DNA of 55,064 bases, counting the filler, from Basidiobolus ranarum (taxonomy: Eukaryota), in NCBI GenBank assembly GCA_040143965.1. It is 5 parts of 5 records of this genome, joined end to end, with 100 filler letters (N's around TTAATTAATTAA, not from the genome) between each part and the next. Parts side by side here need not be neighbours in the genome. Positions count along the whole stretch, not along the records: positions 11,056 to 22,000 come from JASJQH010000652.1; positions 22,101 to 33,032 come from JASJQH010000653.1; 3 more parts are not named here. One strand, written 5' to 3'. Numbering within the stretch: position 1 is the first letter of the stretch; the number at the start of each line of letters is the position of its first letter. Under the pieces are notes generated by a model. The model made no database searches and was not told the origin of the DNA. It was given only the letters and a program-made list of their open reading frames with translations. Position numbers and translations under genes: made by a program. Shown here one piece after another: positions 11,431 to 24,693 of the stretch.

Positions 11431-12854
11431 TTAGGAATGTGGGATATTTTGCTGGCGAAGATAATTGTCAAATAGTAGAGAGAACCCTTTATCCTCATGT
11501 CTGGTCAGCGAACCTCGAGTAAGCGGAGTATAATTGGAAGCGATCGTGGCCCGTTTGGAATTCGATTGGCCCTCAAGGATGTTGACCTGATCACTTTTGG
11601 AGGGATGCGAGTGAAAAAATGACGACTGTAGTTTGCTCATTGAGCCTTGGGGATGATCAACAACATCCATTGGGTAAAAGTTGGTATCTCGACGGAAATT
11701 TGGGCGGCGTTCATTAAAGCCATGATACTGTAGAGGAGAAGTGGCTATGCGGGTTGCTAAATGTGTAGGTTTTAATTGGCTAAACGACGATCTGTGTTGA
11801 GGTACAATCTCTTCCTCATCCAAGTCTTGTTCGAAGTCAGAGTTATGTCCAGAACTAGGCGATAGAGCAGTATATCTGCCCTCCACCCTTTCATTACTGC
11901 GGCTCATCTCCATCGAGCAAGGACTGTAATCCAGAGATGCAGGTGATGGGGCTTTTCGCTTTTTGAGAGGTGAATCGGTGAATTCTGAGTCTTCAGGGAT
12001 TTCTCCATTCCTGCGATTATGGTCAATACTACACAGCTAACATGGGTGAATAGGAAGACTACTTACTTCGGCCGGTCCTTACGAATGCGAATTCTAACTC
12101 CTTGATCTGAGAATGTTCTACTGAGTGCAGTCGACTCGGACATTCCAGGAAATAATTTGGGTGAATAAACGGTGAATACATCCGAAATGACTGAGCATAT
12201 ATGAACAGCAGATTGACTAAAAATGAGTAGAATCGGTAAGTTTTAAAGATTCAGTGAATACACCAAACTAATAAATATACTACGGACTCGATGATTTCAT
12301 AAAGATTGAAGCGTAAACGAAACTTTCCCTCCAATTTTACAGAAATATCTGGAAACACAAAAAATCCGTTCTCTATAAAAGTGTATGTTGAGCAACGAAG
12401 TTATTACGCATATATATTATCGAAATAAACCCTACCGCTTTGATCTATATCTTTTAATTTGTGCAAGGAAGACACCAACGTTCCAGCAAGTCTTCGGGGT
12501 GGCAGATGCTCAAGGTACTCATCTTGACCCGGTAGTAAGGAAACATACACCATGAAATTAGGGTTTTGTAGATACTCGTCATCATTGGGGCCATCATTGG
12601 TACATATCTGAACAATTGGAGGTGGATCGATTGGACGACGGTCTACCTTCTCTTTTGAACTACATAGTCGAGCCTGGCGTGGTTGCTGGCGCATAACGAG
12701 GCGATAAAGCCTATGGGTTTGTATCAACGATAAGCAACAACACTACAAACATCACTGATAGAATAAAAGTCTTGTATTACCTATTAGGACGGTAACCAAA
12801 ACGCTCTGAGCTTTGAATAAACTTGAAGCTTTGAGTTGGGTGGCCTTTCGTCAT
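11431..12854 (-). CDS. Velvet-domain transcription regulator, 5 exons (paralogue A)
   Basis: Spliced translation: MTKGHPTQ...[36 protein letters not shown]...[45 protein letters not shown]|...[36 protein letters not shown]|...QQNIPHS*. First intron 12711-12780. Confidence 0.95.
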
Positions 12855-15800
12855 TTGGGAAAGTATCAAGTTGCCAAGAAGTTGAAGATGATTGTCAAAA
12901 AACAAGGACTACTCTCGTCTAGGAGAAATGGTGAGGGAGCTGAATTACTGGTAAATACCACAGTTGTCAAGTAAAGAAAAAGCAAATGGGAGTGAGATGG
13001 CTGGGTCTTATATATGTACGTTTTCGGATCGTGAACTGGGATTTCGCCTCAAATAATTAGAGTAAATTATTTCCGTCAATTTATTGGATTTAGAACTCAG
13101 TATCAGAGGGCAAATAAAAAAAGCAAGCTCATGTTGAAGGTTATGGAACTGGATTATGATGACGACTAATAAGGCAAGTATCAGCTCCAGATTTGGATGT
13201 GTGAAGCTAATGCATCACCATGACTTGGCTCGCCTTGGAAATCCGATGATGATGCTCAGGATGGAAGAACATTCACATTAATTTTCAGACTTGCTGTACA
13301 TGCTCAGCAGCGATCTCTTTCACTACTGCTAGCGACGGTGCAGAGGTTTAGCCTTTATCTTTTCCATCAAATGCAGTCGATTGGAACCTTCCCGCCATCC
13401 CCTCTGCCTGAGCTATCGATTAAGGTATGGAACTGTAAGAGAGCCAAATCCAATCCGTTTGGTTGACTAATACACGAGACCTCCAATGCAATCTTCCCCC
13501 CAATCTGACCTACCAGAATCTACTCGTTCGGTTTGGATCATGAAACAAACATTTTGGGCCAATCAACATCCATTTGATTTCCACAAATGTGGATGGGTCG
13601 ATTGATACCAACCTAGCATCATTTCTCGTTCATTATTTTGCCTGAACTACATGCACAAGAAAAGAGATGGACAACTCCTGAGTTCTCGACAGTCTCAAAC
13701 CAAAAACCGCAGAAATACGGTGAGATCCTGTGACCTTGGGATTCTCTAAATTCTCCGACTGAGGAGCTACACGCCACCAAACTCTGGTCCTCCCACTATA
13801 TCACTTGAGTGATTAGTCATATAGATTCAGGTTTTTGGCAGGCATTTCTGTCCAGGAAGTAAAACATCGCCCCTACGATATCCGAATCACAATGGCATCG
13901 GTAAACAAAGGGAATATGAGGGGTTTTTCACATCCTGCAACCCCAGCTATCCAGAGTATAGGCTATATCGTTGTGAACACGACATACAAATCAATTGCAA
14001 TGTCTCAATCGCACTTGCGGAAAATCGGACAATTCATGATGTGATTTTCTTTCGATATATATCCCCGAAACCGATAAACCAACTTACGGTGATTAATCGT
14101 ATTTGAGGCTAGGGGATTTGGGTGATGACCCCAATGGCAGCCAATGAACTGACCTACGCTTCTGGTGGTACACGGAGGTCACTTGAATGCCATTCATGCC
14201 TTGACAAAATCTTACTCATCTCCAGTAGATGGAATCTTAGTAGCGAGAGTTGATCTGGGGATCAGAAAGCTTTTACAATACAGATCTAATTTGGAGCTAG
14301 CGGCTTGCCAAAGGCGATTCTTGAAATCTCATATTCATCTGATAACCTCATTGCGAATCACATCAAGATTCGATTGTAAGTGTAGCCAATTCTGGCTAAA
14401 TTCATATCCTTGTACGAGATACACTCAAGTAGAGGAATGCCATTTGTTCAACCCAGTCTCTCAGTTGATTTGGCTGCCAGTGAGACCTTGTTGACCTACC
14501 GCTGTTTTTATTGACAATATTTCCAGGAGCTTTACTCCGGTTGGCTTTGGCTTTGCGGTAGAAGCCGAGGCAGCATCATTTTCTGATAAAATCAACTAAT
14601 CGTATTCTAATCAGCACACCGATTCTGTTTGATAGAGCTTGGGAATTGGCACCACCTACCGCTGGATTACATAAGTCCCGAAGGTGTGAAACCTGATCTT
14701 AAAAGCGGAATTGGATCATACGAATAATAGTCAACTTAGACGCAAATGGGAAATATCTACCACAACGGTCAAGTGAACCGATGTAGACCATATGCTCTAG
14801 CAAGAGTTCCAATTCAATCGGAATTCCAATACACGCAGCGTATTTCCTACTGCTGCTACAGAAATGGGATAATTTCTAGAGTCGCATCTCCAATGAACTG
14901 CTGGAACTTGACATAAGTTTATGCTAGCACTACATTCTGTTTCTTTATTTAGTATATTGTGCTCATTGGCGGTCAACCATGATCAAGAGGGGCTTTGATC
15001 GATTCGGAGTCATCATACATGCATCGTATAATTGGTCTGTGCAATCTGAACATCATCAATATGCAGTTCCATGTTAATTGAATAGCCGACGCTTAACTTG
15101 GGGACATCGCCAAGTCACCCAATCACGGTACATGTAGTTCTTAACCAGACCAAGCTCACTAAATGTATAATGCGCCAAACATATCGGAGGATGAATGCCA
15201 AGTGTCTACTCCTTGTACATGATCAAACAGGGCAACAGACGGCAACTGGGGTTAGTGCTTCTAAGCCACTGCTGTTGGATACCAGGCCATCAAATCTTCA
15301 GCAACCAGATCACTCGATTCCTCAGACTCGGTGATTAGTTCTAAACCTGCACAATCTACACTCTGACTGTACGAGTACTGGAAGTGGTATTGATTGAGCG
15401 GATTAGTAAGCCAAGTGCAAATGAAATGCCAAGAATTTGCGTGTATAACCAAACAGATGATTTGATGACGTTCTATTATGGCATACTCCTTATCTACAAG
15501 ATTCCATTCATTTGCTAGCTCTACTAGTATTTCCTACACTTGACTATACCTTACCAGGCCTTGGGAGTTTCTTCAACGATTATTTGGTCACACCACATCT
15601 TTGTATATGTTAATATGTAGACTATACATACAAACATCCACAAAAGCTGCTCACGTTTGGTCAACAGTACAGGGCTGGTAGAATATCATTACAGACTGTG
15701 CCAAACAAATTGATGACTAATCTGATCCTTGTTGAGGACACTCCATGCTGAGCGGCTATTTGCCATTTCAATAATCCACCGCTCACAATGATATACAACC

Positions 15801-18800
15801 AAGGATGAATGGTCAAAGACCAAGGTACAATGAGGATCTATTGAAATCGAAGATTTACAATGGAATCATACACTGTGAATAGAATCCATGTTAATCTAAT
15901 AATTACCGAGGGTAATGATTTCTGGAATGCGATAATTCATTGAGCCAGTTAACGCTGTCTATTTAGTCAGGTTTCTAGAGACGCCTATCAACTTCAAATT
16001 ACTGGTTGGCATATTCGTCTAGGTTACCTTGTCATACATTCGATAGTGTATCAAGATACCTGATATGACTTAACAAGTGACTTTTGGTTAGAGAAATACA
16101 CCAGCGACACCATGGATTCCTATAGCCCCGATGTAGGACAAAGAAGCTCGGAAATACTTGGACTCCAAAATTGGTTGAAATTTGAAGTTAACAAATGATC
16201 ATGTGCTATCGCTCTAGCAACCAAATACAGATCACCTGTCTTGTTGTATTTGTATGTATATTGTAAGTTCCTTGTCGCATCAACCCAGCAAATTCTTGTT
16301 TCAAGGAAAATTGATGACAGTCTCGCTGGGAATCAATAATCAATCTAGATTATCTGTTTGGTACAAACCATCGTCATATGAAGGGAGCACAAAATTCGGC
16401 CCAGAAGAATTGATAGCCTTATTTTCACGCAACCCAAACACTTGACTTGCAGTATTGCACCGTACTAAACCAGTTGCAAGATTCGTTAGTGGTTCTTGGA
16501 TAAATGCATGTTACCTTGGTGAACATACAGCTCAAGCCATTTCTTGTCTATCTATGAACATCTCTTCTACCACTCACCGAATCTCTTGTCCCATTATGCA
16601 TCGGGCCAGCAGTTATCGTGCGTTGACTCGGAATATATAATAATAATACTGGTTGATATGGATCCGACCAGAGGGTGTTTTTTAATCCCTGAATCCAATA
16701 TCAAATATACATTGGTGGTACTATGAAATGAACCTAGTTGATTCATTGAAATCCAGTGCATCCTAATCAGTGAGTAGTTAACCTGTATGTTTGCAAAACT
16801 CATTTGAAACTGTTCAACAATTATAAGCTCTCACGCCCAGAAGCGACAATGGCAATGCTATTCTATGTATACATTAAGCGTCGTAAATACGCCAACATGG
16901 TAAGTAGATACCAAACACCTCAATTCTCCTCAGGACCTCTCATCTCGGTGCATAATGCAAAAATATGTAGGTTGAGTGAATAGTGCAAGACACCCGTCAG
17001 ACGCATATATATGGTTAGATGACCATTGTATAACCTGGGAAAATATAACTCTTACCATCAGAGTTCATTCAACACTACTCAAATTCTACTTCACCTCTAA
17101 ATCCCATATCGGGCCGAGAGCGAGTAGCTAATTTGATTAACTTGGTCGCATGTTATACAAATTGCGTATATTTTCATTTAGCCCGTACTGTTGAATCTCG
17201 GCGAACGCCAATCATTCCGAGGTTAAAGATCACACTCGAGTTGGAAATCTCGCAACTTGGTCGCATATCTATATTTTCATATTCTTATTAGGTTATTCGT
17301 TAGTACTCTTAAATCTACTTATTTATAGTAATGATATGACTTGTACTCACTGTGTGCACTCAAATCTCTTCTCCAATGGATTGTTTTCCCTTGTGACCTA
17401 TATAGATGGTCTAAACTGTTGAAAGGGGAATAGATGTGATTATCTACCAATGGTGCTTATTTCTATGGTATGACTGCCTGGAATTGTGGAGACTTAATCA
17501 AGTTGGAGAACTCTGTATAGGATATGCTTACTTTGACTGCCGATGGTGACATGAAAGTTCTGAATCCCACGTCAACTACCTGAATAAAGATACACAAGAA
17601 CCAGTCAACTGAGTTCAAGGAAGGTTACTACTATGGCACTCTTTATTATACAATAGACATCCTCACTATCGACATCCTTAATTAGTGGGGTACCTCCTTC
17701 TTACGTATTGATACGTAGGTCAAACCGGTTTTGCAAATGTGTCTTTCTCACGCTTTACGCCAGTCTGATAACTCATAATCTGTGAAAGTGTTTCGCTGCC
17801 AGTTACTGTTTGTACCTTTGAGCTGGTCAATCAAAATTGACACGTTTAACATACACTATTTACACATGGGATTGAAGGCGGTAGCTATGTATTCACATGA
17901 ATAAACCCTTATATTAGCAATTTCGAGCCTATGGCAGAGTCACCCTATGTTTTGCTCATATAGGTGAGTTTTGGGTTCGGGCTACATCATCAGTCCAAGA
18001 GAGGGTGCAGCCTTGACAGATTGAAATGGAAATGTGTGCCGGAATTTTTGGGGAACTGAGTTATTCTTAGCCAGCAACTCAAATATACTGTTACATCTCT
18101 GCGGCATCGCAGTATTGGGCAAGTCCTCGACCTTTCGCAGCCCATTTAACTGATTACCATTCTAATTAGCATTCTTTGGAACCTAGAATTCGGTACAAAA
18201 TACATTCAATATATCCAAGCATGCCTGTATTAAGAGGCCAACAGTAGGTGGACTCTGCAATCTCATGATCCATTATCCTCTCAAATGGCATTCGAGATTT
18301 TTAGTGGAACTCCAGCTGGCCAATACTCTTTGTGAACACGAAAGCTCTGACTTGGTCGAATATTAGAATCTCAGCCAATGGCACGCATAAAAGACAGCTA
18401 TATTTTTAACTTGTGGAGGTCTTATCCCTTTTTTTTCAGTCGGTCCAATCGGGAAAATTGTGTGTGACACTGAAGGGGTAACTCGGTACAACGGTTTCAT
18501 AAGAAGGATTCCGTTTTGAATTAAACAAACCTACTTTAAACAGTGCTCCATCATCCAATGGAAGCGCCATTACGCAAGTTGCACCGTTGGATTGACATGG
18601 TTGATTTCTCTAGCGATACCCGAACGAAACAAGCTAGAGCGGAGGAGAAGGTGCTATGATTCTTGGATGGCCAGTGGGACCAATACTGAACCCCAATACT
18701 AGACCCCTTGTCCAAGATTCAATTATCGAGTCATTATGTAATAGCCATTGGTGTTGCATCTCATCCCCTTAGACCCTGTTTAGGAAAGCATGATTTTCTC

Positions 18801-19173
18801 GTAAATCAACAATTCGATCACCTTTGCAGGAAATACCCATGAATTTGGAAAGATGAATTCCCATACTTGTCTATTCTGCGATATGGCCTTCATCACTTTC
18901 CCATCCATCGGGCACTATTCTCTAATACTTAATGGTAAATGAGAGGGATCATGATTGAATTCTAATTTATCCAATGATGTGAGTTTTTACTCACGGTGCA
19001 AAGAGATCTATAACTGAAATTGAAACCTACTCAACCATGTCAATGATAAATAAACCCGACATATTCCTCAAGTTTTGGGAATTTCATGTTTCTTTCTTTC
19101 TCTCGGCATTTATATCCATCCTTTCTTTCGCATCTCGGACTGTTTCGTACTAGACCAACTAGAAAATACTCTC

Positions 19174-20567
19174 ATGAATAACCCTGGCTGCATCCAACAG
19201 CCCCATTTCTTGACATCCACCCAGTGCTTTCGTCATTTTACTACAAAGTGAGTGTCTCTTGTCTCATTGAGAGTGCAGTTTCTCAACAACTCTCACCTTT
19301 TCTGGCTTACTTATCTGATTTTTATGCTCTAGAAACTGTCGACTAAAAGTTAGACAACAACCTATACATGCTCGTTTATGCAGTTCAAAAGAAAAAGTGG
19401 ACAGACGTCCTATCGACCCTCCACCTATTGTACAGATAGAATCCGGTGATGGTGACGAGTATGTGTGTTTCGTCTGCTCTATTTCAAGCGATACTCTAAT
19501 TTAACTTCTCTTTAATACACCACCTTAAAGTGATTTCTTCCAAAACCCCAATATCATTTTATTCGTCAGCTTAATATCAGCGGATATAGCTCAACCTGAA
19601 TATATACATCCTAAATGTCTGACTGGAACCACAGTCTCCTCTCTTTTCAAACTTAAAGACACCGATAACTCTGGTAAATATGTCATTAAATACTAGGAGT
19701 AGACTCATTATTCGGAACCAAGGTGGTTAACCTTATACAAATATCTAACCATCTGTCTACTCATTAATAGATGGAGGTTTCTTTGTTTTCCCCGATGTAT
19801 CCGTTCGTTTAGAAGGGCAGTTTCGGCTTCGGTTTAGTCTGTATGAGATCAATGGGTTCGTATAAATTTACTGCGGATCACTCTCAATCAACTTGACCAA
19901 CTAAATGCGATGATTTTTGTTTAAAGTGCAACTGTGGATTATCTCTCAACTACAATTTCAGATGTATTCACTGTTTATGCACCTAAACAATTTCCAGGAA
20001 TGTCGGAGTCTACCTTGCTATCTCGCTATTTCGCTGAACAGGGTGTGCGTATAAGAATCCGTAAAGAAAATCGAGTTCGAACCTCTTTGTATGCATTCAA
20101 TTCGTGTATATTTATATATCGGATCGTTCCTAACTTTGATGTATTTTAGTGATAGTAGTACCATAGCACGACATAAAAGAAAGTCTGAACGCGATTCCTC
20201 ACCATGTTTATCACAGGATAGTGAGCGGACGCGACGTGGCTTCAGCCCTTTCCCAATTGCATCGGCAAACTCCGGGCTTCAACCTTTACACGAAGTGCAA
20301 CGTCTATCACGTAACTCGGTCGAATTTGAAAATCGTTCATGGTATTCAGAAGCTGAGACAGTAAAACCAATGGTTGTGAACACCACCACCGAATTTAATC
20401 CATGCTTTCCTCACGATAGCAACTTTTATCCGCCCGTCAACACGGCGTCAACTCCACCACCAAGACGAGCAGGAGATGGATTTGCTAAGCTATTCAATAT
20501 GTATTTACAACAACGCAACATCCCTCATTCAAAGCCAACGCAGCATATGCGCCCACCAGAAGATTAA
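19174..20567 (+). CDS. Velvet-domain transcription regulator, 6 exons (paralogue B)
   Basis: Spliced translation: MNNPGCIQQ...|[34 protein letters not shown]|...[45 protein letters not shown]|...[37 protein letters not shown]|...[18 protein letters not shown]. Confidence 0.95.
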
Positions 20568-21894
20568 AATATTCTGTTTTCGATAACCATACAATATCAC
20601 ATTGACTATAACGCATATATATACGCACATACGACTCACTTGTTCTTGAACTCCTCTTGTCACTTTATTTAAGCATAAACTAGAATTTACCCCTTCATTT
20701 TCGCTAAATGAAGTAATCCATCTCTCAACAATCCCCCAATTTCTAGGTTAGAAGCTGTGAATGTGCAGTATCTCATGGGTTTCTTATTAGCTCCATCAAT
20801 TTTGTTAGCCCCATTGCAACATAGAAGGTTCACTTTTTAACAACAAACCTAGAGATACAATACTTTTCAAACCATCTTATTAGTTTCCTAAACTCTATGA
20901 ACACGATCCATTTTGTCTAATTTTCTTGATTTGTTGTAACATATCATTTATTTTGCGATTCAAGAGTTTTATGTAATTTTTTCTTTATTATCGTAGAATA
21001 AACTTTCTTCTCCCTTCATCGAATTACAATGAGGAACGAGATATTCTGATGTCAGCAGGAGTCGCTGGGATGAGACAGATCAGATTGGGAAGAAGTACGC
21101 TTCCCATGTACAAATGTATACAGCAGATATTGTAAATCTACGATACAGGAATGACAAATGTACCTTAACCACGTTAACCTAATGTGACACCGAATGTAAA
21201 ACGACCAATGGTAATATCGAGTTTGTTTCACGCAGCGCACCTATCAATGAATTAGTAGAAGGTCATCCAATTTATGGCGTGTAATCATATTTCCACTTTT
21301 CTAGAAATCAATATGAGGGTTGTTTCCGATCCAGATCGACAGGTCACCGAGGCATATATACACATCACTTTACCACATGGAGTTTGTATATCAAATGCAT
21401 ATTTCTTTTTAACTACTAATAGGCTAAAGTAGATCCCAGTGGCTTATCGAAATTCCATATTGGTATCAAATTAGTCCTGGGTAGTTTTTATCACGTCACG
21501 AATCTAGGCATTCCCAACCAATATTATACAGAAAATTGATTACACCAAACTTGGAATATTTGTTACAGGTACTGAGTTCCCACTAGATATTGCTTGATCG
21601 ATAAGCCTAGATTTGCTGATTAGTCATTCACCTCTTGAAAGTAGATCATTTACTATACCAATGCTAACTTTTTAGACCAGAACTGGATATTCTCTCCAAA
21701 AGTTTATTGAGTGTAATATATGTAATCATAAAAAGTCAAAACCTCACTTCATTTCAATAACTTAATAAACCAACAATGTAAGTAACATACCTTTCAACTA
21801 CTTGAGAATGACAAATAAACCAATTGTTGGGACCATGCTTTGACTCGAGTAAGAGGTAAGCAGTGCTATATTCAAGAATGTGATTGAGGTCACT

Positions 21895-22000
21895 TCACAT
21901 ACCCAACTCTTCAAGATCTTTGAGCATGTGATTGGGCCCAGATATCTTGTAGCTTGATGCTCCAGGCTGCTCAATGTTCAATACTTTGACCACTCCATCA
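21895..22000 (-). CDS. C-terminal end of a Prx5/AHP1-like peroxiredoxin (redoxin), truncated by contig end
   Basis: DGVVKVLNIEQPGASSYKISGxNHMLKDLEELGM* resembles the DGxVKxLNxE...VSxAxxIL C-terminus of type II peroxiredoxins. Only 34 codons are visible. Confidence 0.6.
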
Positions 22001-22100
22001 NNNNNNNNNNNNNNNNNNNNNNNNNNNNNNNNNNNNNNNNNNNNTTAATTAATTAANNNNNNNNNNNNNNNNNNNNNNNNNNNNNNNNNNNNNNNNNNNN
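22001..22100. other. Artificial contig spacer
   Basis: N44-TTAATTAATTAA-N44. Confidence 0.98.
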
Positions 22101-23178
22101 ATGCTACCCTTTATGCGACTTCAAGATCGAACAGTTAGCAATACATTGATGCTGATATGGATGCGTAGCTATCTAAGTTATAAGTACTCGTATAGTTCCT
22201 TTCTCAAGCCTCGAAAAATAACCCTGCGTTTTGGGTTAAAGCCAATTCTTACCTGTTTAATCCTGAGCTCGCTGGCAATAAACATTGTAGATGACGTACT
22301 TATATGTACGATTAAATACCGAGAAGGCTATGTTTTGAACGGCTCTTTAGCTCTTCCAAAGCCAAAAGAAGATTGGTCTCTAGAGTCTCGTAAGCTTCTC
22401 CCCATATGTGATGGTCTTTTGAGCGTCGTGTACGCTTTGTTTACCAGTTCATTGTTTCTGTTTCAAGCTATGTGGCATCATACATTGAAAGCTTATGTCA
22501 ACTTCTCCTTTCAAGGAAGTAAGGAACTCAAAGTTTATGTTGCTTACACTTTCCTTTCATGTATCTCATACTTGGTCCTACAGTTCGTCTTTCAAACACA
22601 CCCAGACACCAGCTCAGTAGGTTCAAACATTTTTATGGTGTGGTTAGGTTTGCATTACTGATTATTACAATTCCAGCTAGCACCTCAAATTCTCTTCACC
22701 GTTGGTAAATATTATCTTACACACTTTAGATCTTTCATTTTCAGATACTGAATTGTATCATTTAAATCTAGAGATGATGATCTTCCTTGGGCTATCAATC
22801 TTCAATCACATACGACTGTGTTACTTCTTTCAGAATCCTAGCTCCATACCATTTATTCGAAGATATACGCGATATATACTACGAACCCATCTATGCCTAA
22901 TATTTGCCTCGTGTCTAGCCGGACCACCATTGCTCATAGCAGACCTGGTGGATTACAATACACCACATACAGAGTTGAATCACGTTTGGTTGGATATGTT
23001 GTATTCCTTACACAACTATGGATACTCGTTAACATTAGGCATCATGTTACTGGCCATCCACCCACCGTACCATGTCATCACGAAGACATCACCGAATTCT
23101 GTGGTTGATGGCGAAATATACCTCAGAAACTATAAAATTGAGACTTGCGGAACATCCAGTATCCCAGAGACAGCCTAA
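22101..23178 (+). CDS. Uncharacterised multi-pass (6-7 TM) membrane protein, probably 5'-truncated
   Basis: Two track ORFs are joined by introns 22617-22676 and 22705-22771 (...TSS|LAPQILFTV|EMMIFLG...). At least six hydrophobic helices; loop motif KYREG...PKP..W. Confidence 0.7.
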
Positions 23179-23570
23179 AGATTCCCTGGAGAACCTTGCC
23201 ATGATCATATGTATAATACCATCCCATTTTTGCTATTATTACAGCCTCATGTCTGTTGTATATATCATTTTCATTAGTAAGATGCCGTTTATAGGAAAAG
23301 TAGGCCTATTTTTCCCTCACATTCATTTCATTTTCTGCTGTGTTTGCTTTGACTTTAGTCCCTACAATCAATAACTCCTGTGTATATTTCATTGCTCAAT
23401 TTGGTCAACTACTTGAAGTAAATTGTAGAATCAGTATATAAAGGAAACTGGAGAGCCTGGCAAGTTACGTACTAACACTTTGATTCTCACATTCGACATC
23501 CAATCGTCGAAGTATCCTCAATGATAGCCAGGTCAATATCTGTTATGATCGGCTACACATTCAATGGAAA

Positions 23571-24008
23571 TTGGTGAATTCATCTGCTTCGAACATACGT
23601 TTAAGGGGACATATGATACCATGGAATCTTGGTCTACATAAAATATTGACATATGAGAGGCTCACTTGTCTCTACGACATTATGATGCTGAATTTCACAC
23701 CATTCAGAGCTGCCATAAATTGGAGTGATAATTGTTTAACCAGAACCATTAGCACGCCGATGATACCAGATATGGAGCCTGCTTTCAGAATTGCATACCA
23801 CCTTAAATTGCAACTATTAAATCGATTGGCAATGTTTCAAGGAGCTCCAACATACCCCATCACTGATTTACAGTTTGAGCACATTCCGTTCTTTTCCATT
23901 TGGATCAAACATTTTTTAGACAATCACGCAGAGTATAATGTAAGGAGCAGGTGGAAAGAGGGGAGTTTCCCAACAGAAACGTCTAAGGGATCTCTACATG
24001 AGAAGTAG
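23571..24008 (+). CDS. Hypothetical protein or decayed gene remnant
   Basis: 145-codon open frame; the same frame continues past further stops with protein-like composition. No family recognised. Confidence 0.25.
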   Translation: MVNSSASNIRLRGHMIPWNLGLHKILTYERLTCLYDIMMLNFTPFRAAINWSDNCLTRTISTPMIPDMEPAFRIAYHLKLQLLNRLAMFQGAPTYPITDLQFEHIPFFSIWIKHFLDNHAEYNVRSRWKEGSFPTETSKGSLHEK

Positions 24009-24693
24009 CACATCCTTGCAGAGAATAACACCATACGCTATTAATAAATCGACAGCGGAATTTTGGAAAGCACACAACTCGTTTTCATAGACATACTCAC
24101 ACATCAAACTTTTCGAAGAAATCCGGTTTTTAATCAAACTGGTCCAAGTACATAGGGATTAGTCCACCCTGCGTTTCAAACCCCAACTGTTCTGTAAATA
24201 AATCATTTCTCGAGAAGGTAAATGGGTTTAACTACCACTCTACAACAGATTGTTCTTCCGAAACTAACTGAAGATTTCTGATTCATTGACGTGAAGCAAA
24301 TGGATTGAAAAGGATTATTCATTATGGCTAGACCGTTTCTGTAACTTTACGCGATGCGAATGTCCAAGTACTCTTCCCAAAACAGCCTAGTTTCAGAGTG
24401 CATTATTTAGGCATATCCAAATTTGCATTTAGCATCAACAGCGATGAGTATAATGAATAATTGGTTGTCAATTGATCTGAAAACTGGTAAAATATGCATT
24501 GACTATACTTGTTTATACCTGAGATTCCCTCTATATAAGGACACGGATCTCTTTCAGAAATGTGAGCAATACTTTTATTTGATCTATTTATTTATTTGAA
24601 TCATCAAGTGCTGTCTTTCCTTATAATCAAAGTTTCTCTTTATTGAAGTATCGATACAAGTCAGAGCTTGTGCGAGGTATTCTTTCATCTGTG

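Noticed and set aside
16254-16640. Two same-frame ORFs separated by one TGA in the inter-velvet spacer
   Set aside because: No recognisable motif; cannot be distinguished from random or highly decayed sequence.
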